Assembly (NCBI RefSeq): GCF_033153115.1
Contig: NW_026889750.1
Coordinates: 17,484,001 to 17,548,000, forward strand
Length of the DNA: 64,000 bases
Direction of reading: 5' to 3'
DNA from: Saccostrea echinata
Taxonomy: Eukaryota
Made by a program: the position numbers and the translations under genes. The notes below the pieces were generated by a model. The model was not told where the DNA came from and did no database searches. It saw only the letters and a list, made by a program, of their open reading frames with translations. Positions 35,344 to 47,124 of the stretch are shown piece after piece (within the stretch, counting starts at the first letter, position 1; every line of letters starts with the position of its first letter).

Positions 35344-38300
35344 GAGGATGGTAACATTAAACGGGATCCCAATATGAGGAACAACTTCCATAATTGTCAC
35401 CAGAGGGTGGGAAACAGGGCAGGGAATCAACTGCAGGCAAGTAGAGAAGAAACTGTAAGATTTGTGTGATAAATTCTGTCATGTCTGGATTTTGTTGACT
35501 CTTTCTCAGTTTAATTACTTGACATCTGGGTATTCTTATTATCAAGAAGAAGGAGCAGAAGAAGGACGAGGTTCATCATCCAGGGAGCCTAGCTCACAGA
35601 AATTTTTTTTTTCTTTTTTTGATTAATACCCTTGTCCTTTTTTCGGTCTCTTATCCACTGCCTACTCTTATATGACTAACGAGCTTCACTCCCTTCGACT
35701 AAACCCTCTCTTACACCCTTTCCTTAGCTAACTGTCCCCATTTGCTAACTTATTTTTCAACCAATTTTCCTTTTCTCTTTTTTAAAATAATGTTTTTGTT
35801 CTTAAGTTGTATATTTTCAGGAAGCCAGACGAGGGACAACACAAGAGACATAAGGCCGGCCAAAGATGAAGTTGTACCCATTGTCAAGCTATGAACAGAA
35901 ATGAAGATTGGCCAAAGTGGTATGTAATATATACTGCATCTGTTAGAATTTTGATTTCCAGTTGTTTAAAATCCAACTTGATTAAAGCAGTTAGGTTTCT
36001 CTTTTGACTTCCTGACTCTCTATGTTAACAGGAGGATGGTTACACAAGCCTGGATCCCAATGTGAGGAACAACTTCCATGATTGTCAGCATGGGGTGGGG
36101 TGTAGGGCAGGGAATTATCTGCAGCCAGGCAGAGAAGAAAGGGTAAGATTCGTGTGATCAATCATGTCATGTCCAGATTTTGTTGGCTCTTTGTCAGTTT
36201 AATTACTTGACATCTGGGTATTTTTATTAGCAAGAAGAAGTTCAGGACCACCTGAAGGACGTGGTGAGGAGGAGTCTCTCTCTCATTCAACTGCAGCCAT
36301 CATTGAAAAATGAGGTAAGATTTGGGCTCTTCTTCTTGCACTCTTTCCCCTTTGTTTACTTGTCAATTGATGTTGACCTAGTTGGGCTTTGAACTCTTGA
36401 CTTCCAATTGACAGGATGCAGAATAGAAGGACCCATTCCAAGGAACAGAAGAAGGACCCAAGTCGTCATCCAGGGAACCTCACAGAGAAGTTTTTTTCCT
36501 TTTGATTAACAACTTAGCCTCTTTTTCTGTCTGCTATCCCCTATCTACTCTAAAATGACTAACTATCTCCATTCCCTTCCTCTACCCCTTCTTTTACTTC
36601 CTTTCCCTAGCTAACTGTCCCCGTTTGCTAACTTATTTTCCACTAATTTTTTTTATTCTGTTTTTGTGAATTTCTGTAATATTTGTAATTGATTGATTTA
36701 TTACTAATCTTGTGTAAGTTGTATATTTTCAGGAAGCCAGACGAGGGACAACACAAGAGACATAAGGCCGGCCAAAGATGAAGTTGTACCCATTGTCAAG
36801 CTATGAACAGAAATGAAGATTGGCCAAAGTGGTATGTAATATATACTGCATCTGTTAGAATTTTGATTTCCAGTTGTTTAAAATCCAACTTGATTAAAGC
36901 AGTTAGGTTTCTCTTTTGACTTCCTGACTCTCTATGTTAACAGGAGGATGGTTACACAAGCCTGGATCCCAATGTGAGGAACAACTTCCATGATTGTCAG
37001 CATGGGGTGGGGTGTAGGGCAGGGAATTATCTGCAGCCAAGCAGAGAAGAAAGGGTAAGATTCGTGTGATCAATCATGTCATGTCCAGATTTTGTTGGCT
37101 CTTTGTCAGTTTAATTACTTGACATCTGGGTATTTTTATTAGCAAGAAAAAGTTCAGGACCACCTGGAGGACATGGTGAGGAGGAGTCTCTCTCTCATTC
37201 AGCAGCAGCCATCATTGAAAAATGAGGTAAGATTTGGGCTCTTCTTCTTGCACTCTTTCCCCTTTGTTTACTTGTCAATTGATGTTGACCTAGTTGGGCT
37301 TTGAACTCTTGACTTCCAATTGACAGGATGCAGAATAGAAGGACCCATTCCAAGGAACAGAAGAAGGACCCAAGTCGTCATCCAGGGAACCTCACAGAGA
37401 AGTTTTTTTTTCCTTTTGATTAACAACTTAGCCTCTTTTTCTGTCTGCTATCCCCTACCTACTCTAATATGACTATCTCCATTCCCTTCCTCTACCCCTT
37501 CTTTTACTTCCTTTCCCTAGCTAACTGTCCCCGTTTGCTAACTTTTTTTCCACTAATTTTTTTTATTCTGTTTTTGTGAATTTCTGTAATATTTGTAATT
37601 GATTGATTTATTACTAATCTTGTGTAAGTTGTATATTTTCAGGAAGCCAGACGAGGGACAACACAAGAGACATAAGGCCGGCCAAAGATGAAGGGGAAAC
37701 CATTGTCAAGCTATGAACAGAAAAGAAGATTGGCCAAAGTGGTATGTAATATATACTGCATCTGTTAGAATTTTGATTTCCTGTTGTTTAAAATCCAACT
37801 TGATTAAAGCAGTTAGTTTTTCCTTTGACTTCCTGACTATGTTAACAGGAGGATGGATACACAAGCCTGGATCCCAATGGGAGGAACAACTTCCATGATT
37901 GTCAGCATGGGGTGGGGTGTAGGGCAGGGAATTATCTGCAGCCAAGCAGAGAAGAAAGGGTAAGATTCGTGTGATCAATCATGTCATGTCCAGATTTTGT
38001 TGGCTCTTTGTCAGTTTAATTACTTGACATCTGGGTAGTTTTATTAGCAAGAAAAAGTTCAGGACCACCTGGAGGACATGGTGAGTAGGAGTCTCTCTCT
38101 CATTCAGCTGCAGCCATCATTGAAAAATGAGGTAAGATTTGGGCTCTTCTTCTTGCACTCTTTCCCCTTTGTTTACTTGTCAATTGATGTTGACCTAGTT
38201 GGGCTTTGAACTCTTGACTTCCAATTGACAGGATGCAGAATAGAAGGACCCATTCCAAGGAACAGAAGAAGGACCCAAGTCGTCATCCAGGGAACCTCAC

Positions 38301-41300
38301 AGAGAAGTTTTTTTCCTTTTGATTAACAACTTAGCCTCTTTTTCTGTCTGCTATCCCCTACCTACTCTAATATGACTATCTCCATTCCCTTCCTCTACCC
38401 CTTCTTTTACTTCCTTTCCCTAGCTAACTGTCCCCGTTTGCTAACTTATTTTCCACTAATTTTTTTTATTCTGTTTTTGTGAATTTCTGTAATATTTGTA
38501 ATTGATTGATTTATTACTAATCTTGTGTAAGTTGTATATTTTCAGGAAGCCAGACGAGGGACAACACAAGAGACATAAGGCCGGCCAAAGATGAAGGGGA
38601 AGCCATTGTCAAGCTATGAACAGAAATGAAGATTGGCCAAAGTGGTATGTAATATATACTGCATCTGTTAGAATTTTGATTTCCTGTTGTTTAAAATCCA
38701 ACTTGATTAAAGCAGTTAGGTTTCTCTTTTGACTTCCTGACTCTCTATGTTAACAGGAGGATGGTTACAAAAGCCTGGATCCCAATGTGAGGAACAACTT
38801 CCATGATTGTCAGCATGGGGTGGGGTGTAGGGCAGGGAATTATCTGCAGCCAAGCAGAGAAGAAAGGGTAAGATTCGTGTGATCAATCATGTCATGTCCA
38901 GATTTTGTTGGCTCTTTGTCAGTTTAATTACTTGACATCTGGGTATTTTTATTAGCAAGAAGAAGTTCAGGACCACCTGAAGGACGTGGTGAGGAGGAGT
39001 CTCTCTCTCATTCAGCAGCAGCCATCATTGAAAAATGAGGTAAGATTTGGGCTCTTCTTCTTGCACTCTTTCCCCTTTGTTTACTTGTCAATTGATGTTG
39101 ACCTAGTTGGGCTTTGAACTCTTGACTTCCAATTGACAGGATGCAGAATAGAAGGACCCATTCCAAGGAACAGAAGAAGGACCCAAGTCGTCATCCAGGG
39201 AACCTCACAGAGAAGTTTTTTTTTTCCTTTTGATTAACAACTTAGCTTCTTTTTCTGTCTCCTATCCCCTACCTACTCTAATATGACTAACTATCTCCAT
39301 TCCCTTCCTCTACCCCTTCTTTTACTTCCTTTCCTTAGCTAACTGTCCCCGTTTGCTAACTAAATATTTTTCCACTAATTTTTTTTTTATTCTGTTTTTG
39401 TGAATTTCTGTAATATTTGTAATTGATTGATTTATTACTAATCTTGTGTAAGTTGTATATTTTCAGGAAGCCAGACGAGGGACAACACAAGAGACATAAG
39501 GCCGGCCAAAGATGAAGTTGTACCCATTGTCAAGCTATGAACAGAAATGAAGATTGGCCAAAGTGGTATGTAATATATACTGCATCTGTTAGAATTTTGA
39601 TTTCCAGTTGTTTAAAATCCAACTTGATTAAAGCAGTTAGGTTTCTCTTTTGACTTCCTGACTCTCTATGTTAACAGGAGGATGGTTACACAAGCCTGGA
39701 TCCCAATGTGAGGAACAACTTCCATGATTGTCAGCATGGGGTGGGGTGTAGGGCAGGGAATTATCTGCAGCCAAGCAGAGAAGAAAGGGTAAGATTCGTG
39801 TGATCAATCATGTCATGTCCAGATTTTGTTGGCTCTTTGTCAGTTTAATTACTTGACATCTGGGTATTTTTATTAGCAAGAAAAAGTTCAGGACCACCTG
39901 GAGGACATGGTGAGGAGGAGTCTCTCTCTCATTCAGCAGCAGCCATCATTGAAAAATGAGGTAAGATTTGGGCTCTTCTTCTTGCACTCTTTCCCCTTTG
40001 TTTACTTGTCAATTGATGTTGACCTAGTTGGGCTTTGAACTCTTGACTTCCAATTGACAGGATGCAGAATAGAAGGACCCATTCCAAGGAACAGAAGAAG
40101 GACCCAAGTCGTCATCCAGGGAACCTCACAGAGAAGTTTTTTTTTCCTTTTGATTAACAACTTAGCCTCTTTTTCTGTCTGCTATCCCCTACCTACTCTA
40201 ATATGACTATCTCCATTCCCTTCCTCTACCCCTTCTTTTACTTCCTTTCCCTAGCTAACTGTCCCCGTTTGCTAACTTTTTTTCCACTAATTTTTTTTAT
40301 TCTGTTTTTGTGAATTTCTGTAATATTTGTAATTGATTGATTTATTACTAATCTTGTGTAAGTTGTATATTTTCAGGAAGCCAGACGAGGGACAACACAA
40401 GAGACATAAGGCCGGCCAAAGATGAAGTTGTACCCATTGTCAAGCTATGAACAGAAATGAAGATTGGCCAAAGTGGTATGTAATATATACTGCATCTGTT
40501 AGAATTTTGATTTCCTGTTGTTTAAAATCCAACTTGATTAAAGCAGTTAGTTTTTCCTTTGACTTCCTGACTATGTTAACAGGAGGATGGATACACAAGC
40601 CTGGATCCCAATGGGAGGAACAACTTCCATGATTGTCAGCATGGGGTGGGGTGTAGGGCAGGGAATTATCTGCAGCCAAGCAGAGAAGAAAGGGTAAGAT
40701 TCGTGTGATCAATCATGTCATGTCCAGATTTTGTTGGCTCTTTGTCAGTTTAATTACTTGACATCTGGGTAGTTTTATTAGCAAGAAAAAGTTCAGGACC
40801 ACCTGGAGGACATGATGAGGAGGAGTCTCTCTCTCATTCAGCTGCAGCCATCATTGAAAAATGAGGTAAGATTTGGGCTCTTCTTCTTGCACTCTTTCCC
40901 CTTTGTTTACTTGTCAATTGATGTTGACCTAGTTGGGCTTTGAACTCTTGACTTCCAATTGACAGGATGCAGAATAGAAGGACCCATTCCAAGGAACAGA
41001 AGAAGGACCCAAGTCGTCATCCAGGGAACCTCACAGAGAAGTTTTTTTCCTTTTGATTAACAACTTAGCCTCTTTTTCTGTCTGCTATCCCCTACCTACT
41101 CTAATATGACTATCTCCATTCCCTTCCTCTACCCCTTCTTTTACTTCCTTTCCCTAGCTAACTGTCCCCGTTTGCTAACTTATTTTCCACTAATTTTTTT
41201 TATTCTGTTTTTGTGAATTTCTGTAATATTTGTAATTGATTGATTTATTACTAATCTTGTGTAAGTTGTATATTTTCAGGAAGCCAGACGAGGGACAACA

Positions 41301-44300
41301 CAAGAGACATAAGGCCGGCCAAAGATGAAGGGGAAGCCATTGTCAAGCTATGAACAGAAATGAAGATTGGCCAAAGTGGTATGTAATATATACTGCATCT
41401 GTTAGAATTTTGATTTCCTGTTGTTTAAAATCCAACTTGATTAAAGCAGTTAGGTTTCTCCTTTGACTTCCTGACTCTCTATGTTAACAGGAGGATGGTT
41501 ACAAAAGCCTGGATCCCAATGTGAGGAACAACTTCCATGATTGTCAGCATGGGGTGGGGTGTAGGGTAGGGAATTATCTGCAGCCAAGCAGAGAAGAAAG
41601 GGTAAGATTCGTGTGATCAATCATGTCATGTCCAGATTTTGTTGGCTCTTTGTCAATTTAATTACTTGACATCTGGGTATTTTTATTAGCAAGAAGAAGT
41701 TCAGGACCACCTGAAGGACGTGGTGAGGAGGAGTCTCTCTCTCATTCAGCAGCAGCCATCATTGAAAAATGAGGTAAGATTTGGGCTCTTCTTCTTGCAC
41801 TCTTTCCCCTTTGTTTACTTGTCAATTGATGTTGACCTAGTTGGGCTTTGAACTCTTGACTTCCAATTGACAGGATGCAGAATAGAAGGACCCATTCCAA
41901 GGAACAGAAGAAGGACCCAAGTCGTCATCCAGGGAACCTCACAGAGAAGTTTTTTTTTCCTTTTGATTAACAACTTAGCCTCTTTTTCTGTCTCTTATCC
42001 CCTACCTACTCTAATATGACTAACTATCTCCATTCCCTTCCTCTACCCCTTCTTTTACTTCCTTTCCCTAGCTAACTGTCCCCGTTTGCTAACTTTTTTT
42101 CCACTAATTTTTTTTATTCTGTTTTTGTGAATTTCTGTAATATTTGTAATTGATTGATTTATTACTAATCTTGTGTAAGTTGTATATTTTCAGGAAGCCA
42201 GACGAGGGACAACACAAGAGACATAAGGCCGGCCAAAGATGAAGGGGAAGCCATTGTCAAGCTATTAACAGAAATGAAGATTGGCCAAAGTGGTATGTAA
42301 TATATACTGCATCTGTTAGAATTTTGATTTCCTGTTGTTTAAAATCCAACTTGATTAAAGCAGTTAGGTTTCTCTTTTGACTTCCTGACTCTCTATGTTA
42401 ACAGGAGGATGGTTACAAAAGCCTGGATCCCAATGTGAGGAACAACTTCCATGATTGTCAGCATGGGGTGGGGTGTAGGGCAGGGAATTATCTGCAGCCA
42501 AGCAGAGAAGAAAGGGTAAGATTCGTGTGATCAATCATGTCATGTCCAGATTTTGTTGGCTCTTTGTCAGTTTAATTACTTGACATCTGGGTATTTTTAT
42601 TAGCAAGAAGAAGTTCAGGACCACCTGAAGGACGTGGTGAGGAGGAGTCTCTCTCTCATTCAGCAGCAGCCATCATTGAAAAATGAGGTAAGATTTGGGC
42701 TCTTCTTCTTCCACTCTTTCCCCTTTGTTTACTTGTCAATTGATGTTGACCTAGTTGGGCTTTGAACTCTTGACTTCCAATTGACAGGATGCAGAATAGA
42801 AGGACCCATTCCAAGGAACAGAAGAAGGACCCAAGTCGTCATCCAGGGAACCTCACAGAGAAGTTTTTTTTTCCTTTTGATTAACAACTTAGCCTCTTTT
42901 TCTGTCTCTTATCCCCTACCTACTCTAATATGACTAACTATCTCCATTCCCTTCCTCTACCCCTTCTTTTACTTCCTTTCCCTAGCTAACTGTCCCCGTT
43001 TGCTAACTTATTTTCCACTAATTTTTTTTATTCTGTTTTTGTGAATTTCTGTAATATTTGTAATTGATTGATTTATTACTAATCTTGTGTAAGTTGTATA
43101 TTTTCAGGAAGCCAGACGAGGGACAACACAAGAGACATAAGGCCGGCCAAAGATGAAGTTGTACCCATTGTCAAGCTATGAACAGAAATGAAGATTGGCC
43201 AAAGTGGTATGTAATATATACTGCATCTGTTAGAATTTGATTTCCTGTTGTTTAAAATCCAACTTGATTAAAGCAATTAGTTTTTTCTTTGACTTCCTGA
43301 CTATGTTAACAGGAGGATGGTTACAAAAGCCTGTATCCCAATATGAGGAACAACTTCCATGATTGTCAGCATGGGGTGGGGTGTAGGGCAGGGAATTATC
43401 TGCAGCCAAGCAGAGAAGAAAGGGTAAGATTCCTGTGATCAATCATGTCATGTCCAGATTTTGTTGGCTCTTTGTCAGTTTAATTACTTGACATCTGGGT
43501 ATTTTTATTAGCAAGAAGAAGTTCAGGACCACCTGAAGGACGTGGTGAGGAGGAGTCTCTCTCTCATTCAACTGCAGCCATCATTGAAAAATGAGGTAAG
43601 ATTTGGGCTCTTCTTCTTGCACTCTTTCCCCTTTGTTTACTTGTCAATTGATGTTGACCTAGTTGGGCTTTGAACTCTTGACTTCCAAGACAGGATGCAG
43701 AAGGGAAGGACCCATCCTAAAGAGCAGAAGATGGACCCAGGTTATCATCCAGCGGGCCTCAGAGAGAAGCTTTTTTTATTGATTGTCCTTTCTCTTATTC
43801 TGTCTCCTATCCCCTACCTACTCAAAATGACAGCTATTTTCATCCGTTTTCTTCCTGTCTCTCTGTGTTACCAGGATGATGGTTACGAAAGCCTGGAACC
43901 CATTGTGAGAAACAACTTTCTTGTTTGTGAGAAGGGTGAAACCAGGGAGCCAAGCATAGAAGAGAGGTTAAGATTCGTCCAATAATGTCAGCCCTTTATA
44001 TTTACTGGGCTTTTTCTTTGAGATGAAGGCTTCAAATTCCTATGATATCTTGATATTTTTTATTAGTTGGAGGTGGATAAGGATCACCTGAAGCACATTG
44101 TGAGGAGGAGTCTGTCTCCTATTCACCTGCTGCTATGTATGGAAGATACAGTAAGATTCAGACTCTGTTTCTTGCATGTTTTCATGATATTCTTGTCAGT
44201 TGATGCTTACCTTCATGCAGGTGAATGTCAGATTATGTTACTTAAATTTTCTTATTTGTTGTGTTGAATCACTGTTAATCTTCTGGCACTGTTTTATTTT

Positions 44301-45004
44301 TTCCAGGCACTTGGAAGTGGAACACATGAGGACTGACCAACAGAAGAATAGGAGTCCATTGTAAAGATATGATCAATAGCCAACAGTGGCCAAGGAGGTA
44401 AAACTCTGCATTTGTTGTACTTTTTTTATATTTGTTTTCAATGTTACTTATCAAAGCAGGATACATGTACTTCTATGACCTCCTGACTTTCTTTGTCAAA
44501 AAATTTTCTTAAACAAGTCTCAATCCAAGGTGAAGTTCATCTTCCTCATTTGTCAGGAGGTCTGGAGAGCCAGGATTAAATGCAGGCATGACAGCCAATC
44601 AATGAGCAAACTCTGATTCAATATAACTGAATTTCTTTTGCTTATTATCTTTTGATGGAGATGATGATCTTTCGTCAATTATCTTAAATAAGCATTGCAA
44701 TCAAGGCAGACCTCTATGACGAGGTGAAGAGGTTATCATCACCTTCTAGGAAATGCATCGTGAGCTTGGATGAACTGCTGCCAACTGCTGAAGTACTGGT
44801 AAGGAAAATGTATAATGTTAACAATCAGCAAACTATTTTTTGTCGATTTATAAATTAAAATACCGTTCAATTTCGTTTACAATTTTTCTTTTTAAACAGA
44901 CAAAGAGTAAGGCTGCCCTTGATCTCAAGATGAAGAAGAGACCCTTAACAAGCAGCAAAAGTGAGGAGATATCATAGATCAATCAGACAAGCCAAGAAGT
45001 GACA
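35344..45004 (+). pseudogene. Multi-exon gene or pseudogene of mostly phase-0 exons, amplified by the tandem array; product unknown
   Basis: Purine-rich blocks bounded by polypyrimidine-AG and GTAAGA/GTATGT. Unit-1 cassettes are 99, 111, 84 and 75 nt. The 111- and 84-nt cassettes are open in frame 0 in every unit and in the diverged copies; other cassettes contain stops. Confidence 0.6.
35800..43690 (+). repeat. ~910-bp tandem array (8 full units + 1 partial, highly similar), each with four exon-like cassettes
   Basis: GAAGCCAGACGAGG starts at 35821, 36733, 37643, 38546, 39467, 40377, 41280, 42194 and 43108; diverged flanking copies at ~35250-35800 and ~43690-44400. Confidence 0.97.
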
Positions 45005-47124
45005 GTAAGATAAATGTCTGAACAATGCACTCTTTATATTTCTATTATTTTCCCACTCTGTTCAGAAACTTATAGCTGAACATGACTCGTAAATAGCATA
45101 TGCCATTTTCGATAACACTATCTACGATATCAGCACCGGGGTATACCATTCACATTCGTTACACATAACTGCTTTACTGTCAGGGGTATCGGCGTGGAAA
45201 GTCGACATGTGTACGTGCAGGTTATCTTACGTTACCTTACGTTACCTTTGTTTACATTTTATTGCAGTAACGTGTATTTGTGTTTGTTTGTATACTGCAC
45301 TGATCTGTGGAACTGTTGTAAGTTTCTTTGGTATCTTACTCTCCTGCATTAGTTATTTTTGTCGCTACCGAGTGCTATGTAGAATACGTCCGTCTACACT
45401 GGTGACGACTGATTACACTGAACAGTGACTAAGTGAGCGGCTTTATATAGGGGCCCTAAGATATAGCAACTGAACAATCGAATATGGCGGACAAATTCCT
45501 TTTACGAATCATGTTCAGCTTTAATTTAGGTTAAATTTAAATCAGGTTGTCAGCTTTGGGATATCATTACCTGTAATCATTGTAATAAAACCTAGGGTAT
45601 AGGGTAATTACTTTATCATGCATCCTTGTTTCTTTTATTCTCACTTGTCAAGGTTGAATTGCTGACCACAATTTATATATAGAATAATAACCACCTTTTG
45701 GTTCACTTTAATTAATAAAATGAATTGTGAAATTCATGGCTCCAGGATTAGGATTCTGGTGTTAGGGCAGAGACTTGTTATGGAAATATCACTATCTGGT
45801 TGAAGTTGTCAAAATATAAAAAATGTGTTATCTTTGGGCACCACATCTACGAACATAATGTATATTGTCCTCTTCATCCCATGAAGTATTTACACCAATC
45901 AACTGAAAGAGCTCAATATTGTTTCATTGCAAACAATATAAATTAATTTATATGGCTTCATTGATAAGGGGTGCATTCAAGATTGTAGCAAATACATAGC
46001 TCTACCTAGCCTCTATGATCTTGAGCAATGTGCTAGCATATCCATAACTAGCATTAAATCATACAGTGCGTTCGATACGACCTAGCATATCTAACCTAGC
46101 AGCTAAGCTAGCTGCTACAATCCTGAATGCAAGCCTGATATTGAAAATGCCTGTACTCTTTGAACATGGAAATAAAGAGCAAGGGTGCCTCTAAATTGTG
46201 AAATTGATAGCACAAGGGTCAAGGGTGCTGGTTCTAGGTCGGGATGCTACTTATCATGTAATGAATATAGTTAAAATACATCAATTCTTTGGATTTTTCT
46301 CCTCTGTTCTATAGCAATTATCAGGCAAACGAAGTTCATACTTGTATTAAATAAGATTGTTTAAACTAAATTTGTAAAATTCATGACCAGCGAGACAGGT
46401 TCAGTTGCAAGTGCTTCATTGACTATGCACAGGGAAAGTTCTACTCTACTTTGAGAGTAGTTATACGCCTTTGATTATTCACCAATAATAATAATGTAAG
46501 TGATAGTCACTTGATTTACTTAAGATAGTAAATAGATAAACATCAGGAAAAAATCCTAATATTTCATTGAACAGGTGAGGCGTGATAAACAGGATTACAC
46601 AGGGTTTGATATGAATAGTTTATTCTTTCATGTAGAAGCTAAGTACCGTTGTTAACAAATTAAAGATGATAGTGAAAATTAGGAATGTAAATAGTACTTG
46701 CATTAACAGTTCCAATGTGATACACAGTTTACATGCTACCCACATTGACCTGTGTAACATCGTGCTTTGATTCTGAACTATTGGAAAAACAAATTTTATA
46801 AATAGATGTCATCGTCATCTGATTATTAAAGATAAGCTTGTCAGAAACTTTTCAGAAATCAGGTTAACTATTTTATTCTTCCTTGATCACCCTATTTCTG
46901 TTATTTTTGAGCATTAATTCTTCCTTTTTCACTTTTATTTGCTTTATTATATAATTATTAAATTGCTATTCTATGGACTCTTTACAAAGTTGAATTATAC
47001 TCAGGTGACCGTTAAGGCCCTTCGATCTTTTCTTCCAAGATTACACTATTGTGTGATTTGGAAATTTTTATGATATAAATGATATTGTAAACTTTTACCT
47101 TGTTCATTTAAATATTAGAGCTTC

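Noticed and set aside
35821-35919. TGA in cassette a read as selenocysteine (R-U-S-C-T-H-C)
   Set aside because: The flanking Cys is not conserved among units, the frame does not fit the phase-0 neighbours, and no SECIS was identified
35920-36732. snoRNA-host interpretation of the array introns
   Set aside because: No convincing paired C/D boxes or H/ACA double hairpin; the CTGAC near acceptors is better read as a branch point
37706-37978. Repeated minus-strand ORFs MITRILPFLLCLAADNS... with a signal-peptide-like start
   Set aside because: Antisense to cassette b, begins at a non-ATG codon, and is open at this length only in some units; the splice signals are on the plus strand
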